Notes under the pieces: model-generated
The model's database searches: none
Told to the model about the DNA's origin: nothing
What the model saw: only the letters and a program-made list of their open reading frames with translations
Source of the DNA: Escherichia coli
GTDB taxonomy: Bacteria > Pseudomonadota > Gammaproteobacteria > Enterobacterales > Enterobacteriaceae
Length of the DNA stretch: 64,000 nucleotides
Reading direction: 5' to 3' (one strand)
NCBI RefSeq assembly: GCF_024502345.1
Contig: NZ_JALDNN010000001.1
Position numbers and translations under genes: made by a program
Part shown: positions 54,303 through 64,000 of the stretch, in pieces
Layout: the number at the start of each line of letters is the position of its first letter
Numbering within the stretch: the first letter of the stretch is position 1

Positions 54303-55343
54303 ATGACTGGTCAGTCTTCATCTCAGGCGGCAACGCCCATTCAGTGGTGGAAACCCGCGCTTTTCTTTCTCGTTGTCATTGCCGGTCTCTGGTATGTGAA
54401 ATGGCAACCTTACTACGGCAAAGCGTTTACTGCAGCCGAAACCCACAGTATCGGTAAATCTATCCTTGCGCAGGCGGATGCTAATCCATGGCAGGCGGCG
54501 TTGGATTACGCGATGATCTATTTCCTCGCGGTATGGAAAGCGGCGGTGCTGGGGGTGATCCTCGGTTCGTTGATTCAGGTGCTGATCCCGCGTGGCTGGT
54601 TGTTGCGTACGCTTGGGCAATCGCGCTTTCGCGGCACGCTGCTGGGAACGCTGTTTTCACTGCCGGGCATGATGTGTACCTGCTGTGCGGCTCCGGTCGC
54701 GGCGGGAATGCGTCGCCAACAGGTGTCGATGGGCGGTGCGCTGGCATTCTGGATGGGGAATCCGTTGTTAAACCCGGCGACGCTGGTGTTTATGGGTTTT
54801 GTCCTCGGTTGGCAATTTGCCGCGATTCGTCTGGTGGCGGGCCTGGTGATGGTGTTGCTGATTGCGACGCTGGTGCAAAAATGGGTGCGTGAAACACCGC
54901 AAACGCAGGCACCGGTCGAAATTGACATACCGGAAGCACAGGGCGGATTTTTTAGCCGCTGGGGCAGGGCGCTATGGACGCTTTTCTGGAGTACGATCCC
55001 GGTTTACATCCTTGCAGTACTGGTGTTGGGTGCCGCTCGCGTCTGGTTATTCCCCCATGCCGATGGTGCTGTCGATAACAGCCTGATGTGGGTGGTGGCG
55101 ATGGCGGTAGCAGGATGCTTGTTTGTCATTCCCACGGCAGCAGAAATTCCGATTGTACAAACGATGATGCTGGCAGGTATGGGAACTGCTCCGGCGCTGG
55201 CATTGTTGATGACGCTCCCGGCGGTGAGTTTGCCGTCACTGATTATGCTGCGCAAAGCGTTCCCGGCGAAAGCCTTATGGCTGACAGGGGCGATGGTGGC
55301 AGTGTCAGGCGTGATTGTCGGCGGGCTGGCGCTGTTATTCTGA
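54303..55343 (+). CDS. yraQ: permease family inner membrane protein YraQ
   Basis: 346 aa polytopic membrane protein. Confidence 0.85.
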   Translation: MTGQSSSQAATPIQWWKPALFFLVVIAGLWYVKWQPYYGKAFTAAETHSIGKSILAQADANPWQAALDYAMIYFLAVWKAAVLGVILGSLIQVLIPRGWLLRTLGQSRFRGTLLGTLFSLPGMMCTCCAAPVAAGMRRQQVSMGGALAFWMGNPLLNPATLVFMGFVLGWQFAAIRLVAGLVMVLLIATLVQKWVRETPQTQAPVEIDIPEAQGGFFSRWGRALWTLFWSTIPVYILAVLVLGAARVWLFPHADGAVDNSLMWVVAMAVAGCLFVIPTAAEIPIVQTMMLAGMGTAPALALLMTLPAVSLPSLIMLRKAFPAKALWLTGAMVAVSGVIVGGLALLF

Positions 55344-55358
55344 TTTGAGGGAAAACAT

Positions 55359-55442
55359 GTCGGATGCGGCGTAAACGCCTTATCCGACCTACGGTTTGCA
55401 TCGTTGTAGGCCTGATAAGACGCGGCAAGCGTCGCATCAGGC
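55359..55442. repeat. REP pair
   Basis: TGTCGGATGCGGCGTAAACGCCTTATCCGACCTAC and GTAGGCCTGATAAGACGCGGCAAGCGTCGCATCAGGC. Confidence 0.7.
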
Positions 55443-55456
55443 ATTACAAGGGGCTG

Positions 55457-56032
55457 CTATTTAATAAACGTAAACGCCGTAGTTACCCGCTTCACGCCGC
55501 TCACCCGGCTGGCAATATCTGCCGCCGCTTTCGCTTCACGTTCAGTCACCAGCCCCATCAGGAACACTTCACCGTTTTCGGTGGTCACTTTCACGTTGGA
55601 CGATTTCACCAGGTCGCTGGTTAAGAGCTGCGAACGCACTTTGGTGGTGATCCACGTATCATTAGACGCTTCGCCCAGACCAATCGGCTGGCCCTGACGA
55701 ATCTCGTTATACACTTCGTTGGCACCGTCTACGCCCATAGCAATCTGTTTGGCGCGAGCCGAAAGTTCAGCGTTTGGTGACTGCCCAACCAGCAGCACTT
55801 TGCCCTGATAGGCCGTTACATTAATGCGCGCTTCTTTCTTAATCTGTTCGTCTTTCGACAATGCGCTGTTCACGCGCACTTCCAGGGTACCATCGTCCAC
55901 CTGGGTGCCGACACTGCGTGGGTCAGTTGCGGCTTTGGTACCCACAGCAGCGGTACCCACTACGGCAGCGGCAACACAACCTTGCAACAGCAGCGCGGAA
56001 ATAAGGACTGCGATTGGCGATAATGCCTTCAT
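55457..56032 (-). CDS. dolP: BON-domain outer membrane lipoprotein DolP (YraP)
   Basis: 191 aa; lipobox LLQGC. Confidence 0.9.
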   Translation of the reverse strand: MKALSPIAVLISALLLQGCVAAAVVGTAAVGTKAATDPRSVGTQVDDGTLEVRVNSALSKDEQIKKEARINVTAYQGKVLLVGQSPNAELSARAKQIAMGVDGANEVYNEIRQGQPIGLGEASNDTWITTKVRSQLLTSDLVKSSNVKVTTENGEVFLMGLVTEREAKAAADIASRVSGVKRVTTAFTFIK

Positions 56033-56041
56033 GTATTCTCC

Positions 56042-56632
56042 TTAATCATCCTGGTGAGGGAAAAGCGTGTTATCGATCAGATCGCACAGGCAATTTACCG
56101 TCAGCATATGCATTTCCTGAATGCGAGTACTACGATGCGAAGGAATGCGGATCTCCACATCCTGTGGCCCTAACAAACCTGCAAGTTCACCGCCGTCATA
56201 GCCGGTCAATGCCACAATGGTCATATCACGCGTAACGGCAGCTTCTACCGCTTTTACAATATCGCGGCTGTTGCCACGGGTAGAAATGGCTAACAATACA
56301 TCTCCCGCATGACCCAGCGCCCGCACCTGTTTTGCATACACTTCATCATGTAAGCGATCGTTGGCAATCGCCGTTAAGACAACATTATCAGTATTTAGTG
56401 CAATGGCAGGTAAGCTGGGCCGCTCCGTTTCGAAACGGTTGATCATGCTGGCAGCAAAATGCTGTGCATTGGCAGCGGAAGTTCCATTACCACAACAGAG
56501 GATTTTGTTGCCATTGAGCAGAGACTGAACCAGCGTCATGGCCGCACGGGAGATGGCATCCGGAAGCGCCTCTGCCGCCGCAATTTGAGTTTGAATGCTT
56601 TCAGTGAAGCAAGCTTTAATTCTTTCTTGCAC
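56042..56632 (-). CDS. diaA: DnaA initiator-associating protein DiaA (SIS domain)
   Basis: 196 aa. Confidence 0.9.
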   Translation of the reverse strand: MQERIKACFTESIQTQIAAAEALPDAISRAAMTLVQSLLNGNKILCCGNGTSAANAQHFAASMINRFETERPSLPAIALNTDNVVLTAIANDRLHDEVYAKQVRALGHAGDVLLAISTRGNSRDIVKAVEAAVTRDMTIVALTGYDGGELAGLLGPQDVEIRIPSHRSTRIQEMHMLTVNCLCDLIDNTLFPHQDD

Positions 56633-56651
56633 GCTAATCCTTAAACCTTAA

Positions 56652-57047
56652 TTATGAGTGGTCATTAAAGGCATCCTTAATCCACTCAACCTCATTCCCG
56701 GTGAAGGCTACCACATCGAACCGGCAATCCACAGTATCAAAACTCCCATTATGACGCGCGAGCCACAAGCGGGCAGTCTGTAATAATTTGTGTTGTTTGC
56801 TGCGGGTCACACTGGCTGCCGCGCCGCCATAAAGCGCAGAGCGGCGATAGCGTACCTCGACAAAAACGGTGGTCCGGCCTTCACGCATTATCAGATCGAT
56901 CTCGCCGCCACGCTCGTTCACGTTAGCGGCGATAAACCGCAGTCCTTTGCCTTCCAGCCAGCGAAGCGCTTGTGCTTCCCACGCATCGCCGGTCTGTTTG
57001 GTGGTTAACTGGCGGGGACTACCTGACCTTGTTGGTACTGTAGCCAT
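56652..57047 (-). CDS. yraN: UPF0102 protein YraN
   Basis: 131 aa; 43-nt overlap with lpoA 3' end. Confidence 0.85.
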   Translation of the reverse strand: MATVPTRSGSPRQLTTKQTGDAWEAQALRWLEGKGLRFIAANVNERGGEIDLIMREGRTTVFVEVRYRRSALYGGAAASVTRSKQHKLLQTARLWLARHNGSFDTVDCRFDVVAFTGNEVEWIKDAFNDHS

Positions 57048-59041
57048 GATAACTTCCTGTTAATCACGCAATCCGGGTTTGCCGTCAGGCTTCCGGTATT
57101 ACCGTTGATTTCAAAACCCTGAACCTGGCGCATTTGTGAGAAATGATTTGCCAGCGACCAGGCATCGACGCCCATCGCATACATGCGAGCCAGTGAATAA
57201 TCGTTATTCACCGCGCTGAGTGCCTGCTGCATTAACGGCAGATTACCGCCCGCCAGCATCGGGATTTCGCTGTACTGCAAACCTTCCATCTCCAGACGGA
57301 AATCCGGGCCTGCGGTGCCTTGTGCGCTGCGGGAGCTGGCGTACAGCATTGCACCGCTCTGGCTACCGTTACGCATGGCGATCATCGGTTTGATAAAAGC
57401 GATTTCACCCGGCGTTGCCACAATGTACACCGCATCGACACGACCGCCATTATTGGTGAACTGGTCATCGGTTGGCGTGGTTTGCAGCGTTGGATTGTTG
57501 GTCGTCATACCGGAGTCGGTTGTCGCTCTGGGAGTAATCGGTGTACCCGTTAAAGCGATACCAGAACCGCCGTTAACACCCGCGCGTAATTCGCTGGTGG
57601 AACCAAATTTTTGTTGCAGAACGGTGCCGCCGCCCAGTTTCTGCCACTCTTGCGCAAACGCATTGGCTACGCGATCGCCCAATGAACTGCGTGGGATCAG
57701 CACCAGCGGCGCTTGTTTACCCTGGTCACGAATATGACGCGCTGCATCGCGCGCTTCGTCTTCCGGTGAAAGCGCGAAGTAACAAATATTGACGCGGTTT
57801 TCGATATTCTCCGGCTGGTTCAGTGCCAGTACGTTCAGCGGGGTGTTGCTCTTCAGCAACTCTTCAACGTTATTTTTCAGCAACGGACCAACCACAATAC
57901 TCGCGCCATCCTGCTGAACCTGGCTTAAGATCTGGCTAAGTGGTTGTGATGAGGTATCGTAGATTTTCAGCTCTGCGGATGGATTTGCGGGTGCGCTTAC
58001 CGCTGCGGTGCTTGTGGCCGGGGCGCTTACAGGCACCGGCTGGGCCGCAGGCTGTTCACCGGTCAGATCGCTAACCGAGGCTTGTGCCGGGCTGGCAACG
58101 CCATCCACGGTTTGCGGCTGAGGTTGTTCAGCTACGTCTGCGGCAGGTGCGGCAGCTACCTGAGCCGCCACTGGCTGAGTGCCGATATTTTTCGCCGCTT
58201 CAAAGCCTTGCTGAATAGTGCGACCAAATACCGCTGCCTGGCCATTCAGCGGCAACAGCAGGGCGATTTTGTTGGTCGAGGCTGGTTTAAACGCTTTTAC
58301 GTTAACCAACTGCGTTGGCAGCATTTTCGCGCCCGGATTGTTCGGATAACGTTTTTGCCAGTCGGCGATCCCGGCTTTCATCATGTCGGGATCGTTACGG
58401 TTATCAAACCAGACGCGCTGCAGATCCAGCCAGCCTTGCAGAATATTTTCGTCGGCGTTGATCACCAGCGTATTCGCCTGTTCCTGAGTCATGGAGGAGA
58501 GCGCCTGCCAGGTGGCATCAATATTCTGCTGTTTTTCTTTCGCGCCGAGCAGCGGTTCCTGAGCAATTAACGCGCGCAGTAAATCAATGGAAGGACGCCC
58601 CTGGCTGGCATCGATTTTTGCCTGCCAGTAACGCGCTTGCTGGTTTTGTTCTAAATCGGCAGGTGTGATTTTCGCCAGCAAGTTTTGCGCGCCAGCAAAA
58701 TCTTTCTGCGCCAGTTTAATCTCTACCGCCAGCAGTGTTTTCTCGCGACGCTGAGAATCGTTCAGTTCTTGCGGTAGTTGGTTAAACAACTCAACCGCCT
58801 GCCCGGTTTTACCTTCTTTCACCAGTGCACGAATGGCGAGTAATTGCCAGTTGATCCTGGTATCATCAGAGCTTTGCTGCATCTGCTGAAGATAAAAGGC
58901 AGAATCAGCCTGCGCCGTGCCCTGCATATAAGCAGTGGACTGATCGGGAGTATGGGTGCCACAACCGGCGAAAATCAGGGCTGCCAGAACAACAGGCAGA
59001 CAACGCGCGGCTTTCAAACGAGAAAATGTTGAGGGTACCAT
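57005..59041 (-). CDS. lpoA: PBP1A activator lipoprotein LpoA
   Basis: 678 aa; lipobox FAGC; Ala/Pro/Gln-rich linker. Confidence 0.9.
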   Translation of the reverse strand: MVPSTFSRLKAARCLPVVLAALIFAGCGTHTPDQSTAYMQGTAQADSAFYLQQMQQSSDDTRINWQLLAIRALVKEGKTGQAVELFNQLPQELNDSQRREKTLLAVEIKLAQKDFAGAQNLLAKITPADLEQNQQARYWQAKIDASQGRPSIDLLRALIAQEPLLGAKEKQQNIDATWQALSSMTQEQANTLVINADENILQGWLDLQRVWFDNRNDPDMMKAGIADWQKRYPNNPGAKMLPTQLVNVKAFKPASTNKIALLLPLNGQAAVFGRTIQQGFEAAKNIGTQPVAAQVAAAPAADVAEQPQPQTVDGVASPAQASVSDLTGEQPAAQPVPVSAPATSTAAVSAPANPSAELKIYDTSSQPLSQILSQVQQDGASIVVGPLLKNNVEELLKSNTPLNVLALNQPENIENRVNICYFALSPEDEARDAARHIRDQGKQAPLVLIPRSSLGDRVANAFAQEWQKLGGGTVLQQKFGSTSELRAGVNGGSGIALTGTPITPRATTDSGMTTNNPTLQTTPTDDQFTNNGGRVDAVYIVATPGEIAFIKPMIAMRNGSQSGAMLYASSRSAQGTAGPDFRLEMEGLQYSEIPMLAGGNLPLMQQALSAVNNDYSLARMYAMGVDAWSLANHFSQMRQVQGFEINGNTGSLTANPDCVINRKLSWLQYQQGQVVPAS

Positions 59042-59104
59042 AATGTATCCAGTGATATTTTTTTACGCAATGCTCAATATTAAATCGGCAATACGGACGA
59101 CACA

Positions 59105-59965
59105 ATGAAACAACACCAATCGGCGGATAATTCTCAGGGCCAGCTTTACATTGTACCGACGCCAATCGGCAATCTGGCGGATATCACCCAGCGTGCGTTA
59201 GAGGTATTACAGGCCGTTGATCTGATTGCCGCCGAGGATACTCGTCACACCGGTTTATTGCTGCAACATTTTGGGATTAATGCCCGGTTGTTTGCGCTGC
59301 ACGACCATAACGAACAACAAAAAGCCGAAACGCTGCTGGCGAAGCTGCAAGAGGGGCAAAACATTGCGCTGGTTTCCGATGCCGGAACGCCGCTAATTAA
59401 CGATCCTGGCTACCATCTGGTGCGTACCTGCCGTGAAGCGGGGATTTGCGTGGTGCCGCTACCCGGGCCGTGTGCTGCTATCACTGCGTTAAGCGCCGCG
59501 GGTTTACCCTCTGACCGTTTCTGTTACGAAGGCTTTTTACCTGCCAAATCAAAAGGCCGCCGTGATGCGCTAAAAGCCATTGAAGCGGAGCCGCGCACGC
59601 TGATTTTTTATGAATCCACCCACCGTCTGTTAGATAGCCTGGAAGATATCGTTGCGGTATTAGGCGAATCCCGCTACGTGGTTCTGGCGCGTGAGCTGAC
59701 CAAAACCTGGGAAACCATTCACGGCGCGCCCGTTGGCGAGCTGCTGGCGTGGGTAAAAGAAGATGAAAACCGTCGCAAAGGCGAAATGGTGCTGATTATC
59801 GAAGGTCATAAAGCACAGGAAGAAGACTTACCCGCCGATGCCCTGCGCACGCTGGCGCTGCTACAGGCAGAACTGCCGTTGAAAAAAGCGGCGGCGCTGG
59901 CGGCAGAAATTCACGGCGTGAAGAAAAATGCGCTGTATAAGTATGCGCTGGAGCAGCAGGGGTAA
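59105..59965 (+). CDS. rsmI: 16S rRNA C1402 2'-O-methyltransferase RsmI
   Basis: 286 aa; divergent from lpoA. Confidence 0.9.
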   Translation: MKQHQSADNSQGQLYIVPTPIGNLADITQRALEVLQAVDLIAAEDTRHTGLLLQHFGINARLFALHDHNEQQKAETLLAKLQEGQNIALVSDAGTPLINDPGYHLVRTCREAGICVVPLPGPCAAITALSAAGLPSDRFCYEGFLPAKSKGRRDALKAIEAEPRTLIFYESTHRLLDSLEDIVAVLGESRYVVLARELTKTWETIHGAPVGELLAWVKEDENRRKGEMVLIIEGHKAQEEDLPADALRTLALLQAELPLKKAAALAAEIHGVKKNALYKYALEQQG

Positions 59966-60007
59966 GAGTGCCGAAGCGTTGCGTTAATCAAAACGCAACG
60001 TCTTCTT

Positions 60008-61099
60008 TTACCGCACGATGACGGTAATGGTGGCGGTGCCCTGAAATTTTCCTGTTTCCAGCTCACCACCGACCAGATTAACTGGCCAGGCGCGCATGTT
60101 GATGGTGCCATGCCCGGAAGGATCAACGGGAAGGATACCGTTCTGAAAAGGAATATTTGCAACTCCGCCGCCGAGATTTTCAATACGAATACCGACATCG
60201 GGCGCATTGTCTGAACTTCTTCGTCTGGCGACCAGGTTGTACTGGTCTACTACCCCAGTTGTACCGTCGATGCGCATTTGCAACGAGTTTTTAATCTTTG
60301 AAGTATCACCACAGTCATAAGTGATATCAAAGTCTACTGGAGTAAAACCGTCTGGCATGGCATTGCGGGTGGTAAACTTCTGACCATTGATGAATCCAAA
60401 ATTAACCTTAATAACATCGCCCTGATTAATTTTGCACGACTGTGGGGCGGTGAGATTTCCCTGAATCGATAACTTGACTAAATCATGGAAGTCACCTGTA
60501 GACGGGCTTCCCATTCCATCGACCCATGCGCCTTTAATGACGGCAATATCCGTTTTCGGAATGGTCATCGAGCCGAGAAATGGCTTGGTGACATACAGGG
60601 TAAAGGTGGTATTTGCACCAATATTAACGGGTCCATAACGAGACGTGTCACCCTGGCAAACACCCGTTTGAGTTGCAGCAGAATATACGGTGTTGCTTTT
60701 TATCTGTGTGAATCGGGTGTTAACAGAAACGGTCTGGTCAGTCACGAGTCCTGGAATGTCATTCGCCTGTAATGTGGTTTTAATATCCAGACTATCATTG
60801 AGTTTGTAATATCCTGCTTGATGTCCAGTGGTGGTAAGTACAGGGCTGACCATATAGACAAGTTTAACTGCCTTACCCGCAGAGCAGGTACAGGCGTATT
60901 GCCAGTTAGTGCTACTTAGCGTGGCAGAGGTAAACTCCCGTCCTGTCACGTTATCTGTCTGGTTCACCGTAACATCATCAACCACACTGCTGTAATTTGT
61001 CGCACCGCTAGTGCTGTCAGCTCCACACCCTCCTGAGGAGGCATAAGCGCAGGATGTGGATATCAACAAAAGTCCTGTTATAAGAGGCGCTCTTTTCAT
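60008..61099 (-). CDS. yraK: fimbrial adhesin-like protein YraK
   Basis: 363 aa from ATG at 61099 (MKRAPLITGLLLISTSCAYA); track ORF extends 86 codons into the usher gene. Confidence 0.8.
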   Translation of the reverse strand: MKRAPLITGLLLISTSCAYASSGGCGADSTSGATNYSSVVDDVTVNQTDNVTGREFTSATLSSTNWQYACTCSAGKAVKLVYMVSPVLTTTGHQAGYYKLNDSLDIKTTLQANDIPGLVTDQTVSVNTRFTQIKSNTVYSAATQTGVCQGDTSRYGPVNIGANTTFTLYVTKPFLGSMTIPKTDIAVIKGAWVDGMGSPSTGDFHDLVKLSIQGNLTAPQSCKINQGDVIKVNFGFINGQKFTTRNAMPDGFTPVDFDITYDCGDTSKIKNSLQMRIDGTTGVVDQYNLVARRRSSDNAPDVGIRIENLGGGVANIPFQNGILPVDPSGHGTINMRAWPVNLVGGELETGKFQGTATITVIVR

Positions 61100-61109
61100 T
61101 TTTTTATCC

Positions 61110-63626
61110 TTAATGGCACTGCGCCGTGCCTTGTAATACAGAGGTTGTTGGTTCTGAATCCGGTGTACTAAAAGCAAACTGACATTGTTGATCTGCCTGA
61201 TTTCCCCAGCGTACAGTCCAGCTTTGTGATTTACTCGATATCCCAGAGAGATATAGTATGCCGCCCTCATCGACGATACTTTGTTGCCCCGTCTCATCGT
61301 TGCTGGCAAGAGCGCCAAAGGGCAACGGTTTACCGTTGCGATCGCTGACTGTAACAAGTACGCGATAACCGATATTGGCGTTGAAACGCGCCGCTACCAT
61401 TGCACCTCTGTTGGGCACCACAAACTGTGTTGTTTGCTCAAGATCGACGTTATCGGGCAGCTGCGTAGTATCTACCGAGAGACGGTTTTCCTGGTAAGTC
61501 GTGAGATAAGGAACCACTGCATAGCCAAAGGGATCAGTAGCAATCCCCGGATAGTTTTGTATCCTCACGCCAGAAGCCCCATTAGCATCGATAAGCGCAA
61601 AAGCGTTGCCCAGATATTGCGAGAGCGTCACGCCATGAGGATGGATAACCACGCCGCCGGTAACGCCGTAATTGTATTGGCTGCTGTCATTACCGTAACT
61701 GTATCCGGCACTGAAGGTGCCATAAGGTGAACGGTAACTGGCGTTCAGGCTACTGTTATGGTTGTTATCGTCATCCAGACTTTGTTCCAGGCTATAGCTC
61801 AGGCGACCATCATCCAGCAGTGAGCCATCAAGACGCATTTCATGTTGGGTTGGGCGATCTTTCTGGCTGGTCATCTGATAGGAAACCCGGCTACGCGGTA
61901 ACCAGCGTTCTAACGGAATACTGAGATTCAAAGAGAGTGCGCGGTCATTATTTTGATCCGTGTAGCGACTGTATTGATAATTCAGGCTGTAACCAATTCC
62001 CCATTGCTGGCCGGAAACCCCAACTGAGATATTCCTGTTTTTATCGTTATTGCCCCAATAGTCTTGCTGCGAACCGGAGGCATACAGACTTACCCCATCA
62101 AATATTGTCTGGCTGATGTTGAATTGAATTTCACTTTTTTGGCGACTGTTATAGTCCCAATTGCGGGTATTGGCTTCATCAAAACTAAAATAGCCATCGT
62201 TGGTATAGCGATAGTAGCTAACAGCGATATTGGTGTTGGTTTCCGGGATATCTTTGATGTACTGCGTACGCCATTGATAGCCATGAAAAGAGTGCTGGTT
62301 ATCGAATTGGGTGTCAGCTCTGTTGATATCCATCGACAACGCGCCCAGTGCGCCAAGTGTGCCGCCGATACCGATCCCCAGCGCATAATAATCTTCAGAA
62401 CCGAGCAGGCCGCCATACAGCGTAAAAGTATTATTCAAACCATATATTGCCGTGGCTTCAGCAAATTCGGGTTCCTTGCTATCACTGTTTGCATCAGCGC
62501 GATAGCGTCCAGCGGTCGCGCTATATTTTAGATGCCCAGGTCGCTGCATCATGGGTAATGAAGAATAAGGCTGGATAAAGCGACGTTGTGTACCGTCACT
62601 TTCTTCAATCGTGACTTCTAAATCGCCGCTGTTGGAAGAGGGGTAGAGATCGTTAATTTCAAAGGCACCCGCTGGCACGTTGCTTTGATAGATCACATAA
62701 CCATTTTGCCTGATAGTCACGATTGCACTACTGTTTGCGATACCGCGTACCGTTGGGGCAAATCCGCGCTGGCTGTTTGGCAACATATTATCGTCGGAAG
62801 CGAGTTGCACGCCAGTAAAGGTGTAGCTGGAAAAAATACTGCCGCTGGTGGCGCTTTCTCCCAGAAGCAACTGAGACTTCAACGCCTTGATATCACGTTG
62901 TAAATAACTACTGATAGTGTTCCAGCTTGACGCCTGATCGTTGCGTGTCCACGTAGAATAGTTACGTAATCGCCAGGGGCCAAAATTAGCACCATTTTGC
63001 ATATTCAGGTACTGTCGTTGGCTACGATTGCCCTGGCGGTAACGGTTATTAGAACCTGTAAACGAGTAGTTGGTAAACAGCGTTGGTATACCATCGTCCC
63101 AACGAGAAGGGGAGACGTAACCTCTTGCATCACGGTACAGTGCAATTTGGGGAATGCTCAAATTAAGTCGCTGATGATTGAAATCAAATTCAGCAGCTGT
63201 ACCGGGAATGATTTGTTCAAGCGAGTTGATCACGCTATCGTCATCTTTTTCAGCCAGCGCCGGGATTTCATCCACCTTAATACCCAGCTCACGTAGTTGT
63301 TCTACCGTAAACTGTGGCTGCAGAAGTTGCTCTGCATTGGCGGTAAATGTAATTTTTTTCTGTGAAACCTTCTTTTTATTCAGCCAGATATCAACCTGAT
63401 AAGTTCCTGGTAGTTGTGCGTATTTTTTTGAAAAACGTGACAGATCAGTTGTTTGCATACCACTTTTTGTAGTTTCCAGCATAATGGGGTCGAAATAATA
63501 CTCTTCGGCGTTAGCGGTAGTGCAAAGCATGCCGCTGCCAGTGAGCACCATCGGCAAACAGCGTTTGATGATGAGCGCCAACTGTTTCGGTGTGCGTTTA
63601 TGTCCCTGGTGGTGTCGTTGTGGCAT
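61110..63626 (-). CDS. yraJ: fimbrial outer membrane usher YraJ
   Basis: 838 aa. Confidence 0.85.
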   Translation of the reverse strand: MPQRHHQGHKRTPKQLALIIKRCLPMVLTGSGMLCTTANAEEYYFDPIMLETTKSGMQTTDLSRFSKKYAQLPGTYQVDIWLNKKKVSQKKITFTANAEQLLQPQFTVEQLRELGIKVDEIPALAEKDDDSVINSLEQIIPGTAAEFDFNHQRLNLSIPQIALYRDARGYVSPSRWDDGIPTLFTNYSFTGSNNRYRQGNRSQRQYLNMQNGANFGPWRLRNYSTWTRNDQASSWNTISSYLQRDIKALKSQLLLGESATSGSIFSSYTFTGVQLASDDNMLPNSQRGFAPTVRGIANSSAIVTIRQNGYVIYQSNVPAGAFEINDLYPSSNSGDLEVTIEESDGTQRRFIQPYSSLPMMQRPGHLKYSATAGRYRADANSDSKEPEFAEATAIYGLNNTFTLYGGLLGSEDYYALGIGIGGTLGALGALSMDINRADTQFDNQHSFHGYQWRTQYIKDIPETNTNIAVSYYRYTNDGYFSFDEANTRNWDYNSRQKSEIQFNISQTIFDGVSLYASGSQQDYWGNNDKNRNISVGVSGQQWGIGYSLNYQYSRYTDQNNDRALSLNLSIPLERWLPRSRVSYQMTSQKDRPTQHEMRLDGSLLDDGRLSYSLEQSLDDDNNHNSSLNASYRSPYGTFSAGYSYGNDSSQYNYGVTGGVVIHPHGVTLSQYLGNAFALIDANGASGVRIQNYPGIATDPFGYAVVPYLTTYQENRLSVDTTQLPDNVDLEQTTQFVVPNRGAMVAARFNANIGYRVLVTVSDRNGKPLPFGALASNDETGQQSIVDEGGILYLSGISSKSQSWTVRWGNQADQQCQFAFSTPDSEPTTSVLQGTAQCH

Positions 63627-63655
63627 TCCCTGATGACCTGTGTTTTTTATATTTG

Positions 63656-64000
63656 TTATTGCAGTGGACGAGTTTCTGTCCTGGAACTGCCGCCATAATC
63701 ATTGATTGCAGCCCATTTCACGTTCTTTCCGCCAGATGCAGGAAGTGGTAACTGTTTATGTTCTCCGGGCGCGATATATTCAATTTTGCTTGTGAGATCG
63801 GTTTTATCGACTGCCAGTCCGGCAAATACGACGTAATATTCAGTTGGGTTATATATATTGAGTGAATGGTCACTACGTTTAAATTCCAGTGATGTCCACG
63901 CATCGTTTACCCGTCCCTTCAGGTGTGCGGGGCGATAAAACATTTTGATCCGTGTTTTAAATACCAGCGTCAACTCGTTAGCATTAACATCATCTGATTT
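63656..64000 (-). CDS. yraI: fimbrial periplasmic chaperone YraI, C-terminal part (gene continues past window end)
   Basis: PapD-like chaperone C-terminal domain (NPTEYYVVF); lies upstream of the usher. Confidence 0.75.
   Translation of the reverse strand, partial: KSDDVNANELTLVFKTRIKMFYRPAHLKGRVNDAWTSLEFKRSDHSLNIYNPTEYYVVFAGLAVDKTDLTSKIEYIAPGEHKQLPLPASGGKNVKWAAINDYGGSSRTETRPLQ

Noticed and set aside
60008-61357. 449-aa extended ORF call for yraK
   Set aside because: The first 86 codons lie inside the 3' end of the usher gene and lack a signal peptide; the ATG at 61099 gives a signal-peptide-bearing 363-aa protein of the expected length.

Overview
This window reads as Escherichia coli chromosome, in reverse orientation relative to the K-12 reference map. 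It runs from the 3' end of yhcC and arcB through elbB-mtgA, the npr-rapZ-ptsN-hpf-rpoN / lptBAC / kdsCD cluster, mlaFEDCB, murA, ispB, rplU-rpmA, obgE, dacB, greA, rlmE-ftsH-folP-glmM-secG-leuU, argG, the metY-rimP-nusA-infB-rbfA-truB-rpsO-pnp cluster, nlpI, deaD, mtr, yhbW, ubiVUT, yhbS/Q/P/O, yraR/Q, dolP-diaA-yraN-lpoA and rsmI, into the yraK-yraJ-yraI chaperone-usher fimbrial genes. Gene order, protein lengths and gene overlaps match what I recall of K-12 everywhere except one place. Between the secG-leuU terminator and the argG terminator (about 31.29-32.42 kb), where K-12 carries yhbX, this sequence has a ~1.1 kb AT-rich cassette. It encodes one 317-aa protein with an N-terminal XRE-type helix-turn-helix and an unrecognised acidic C-terminal domain, preceded by a repeat-rich putative operator. 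That is the only candidate for something undescribed, and I cannot assign it a function from sequence alone. The ArcZ sRNA, two tRNAs, three REP clusters and several intrinsic terminators are identifiable. I saw no rRNA, CRISPR array, integrase, transposase or IS element. All gene identifications rest on recalled sequence, length and synteny, not on a database search.
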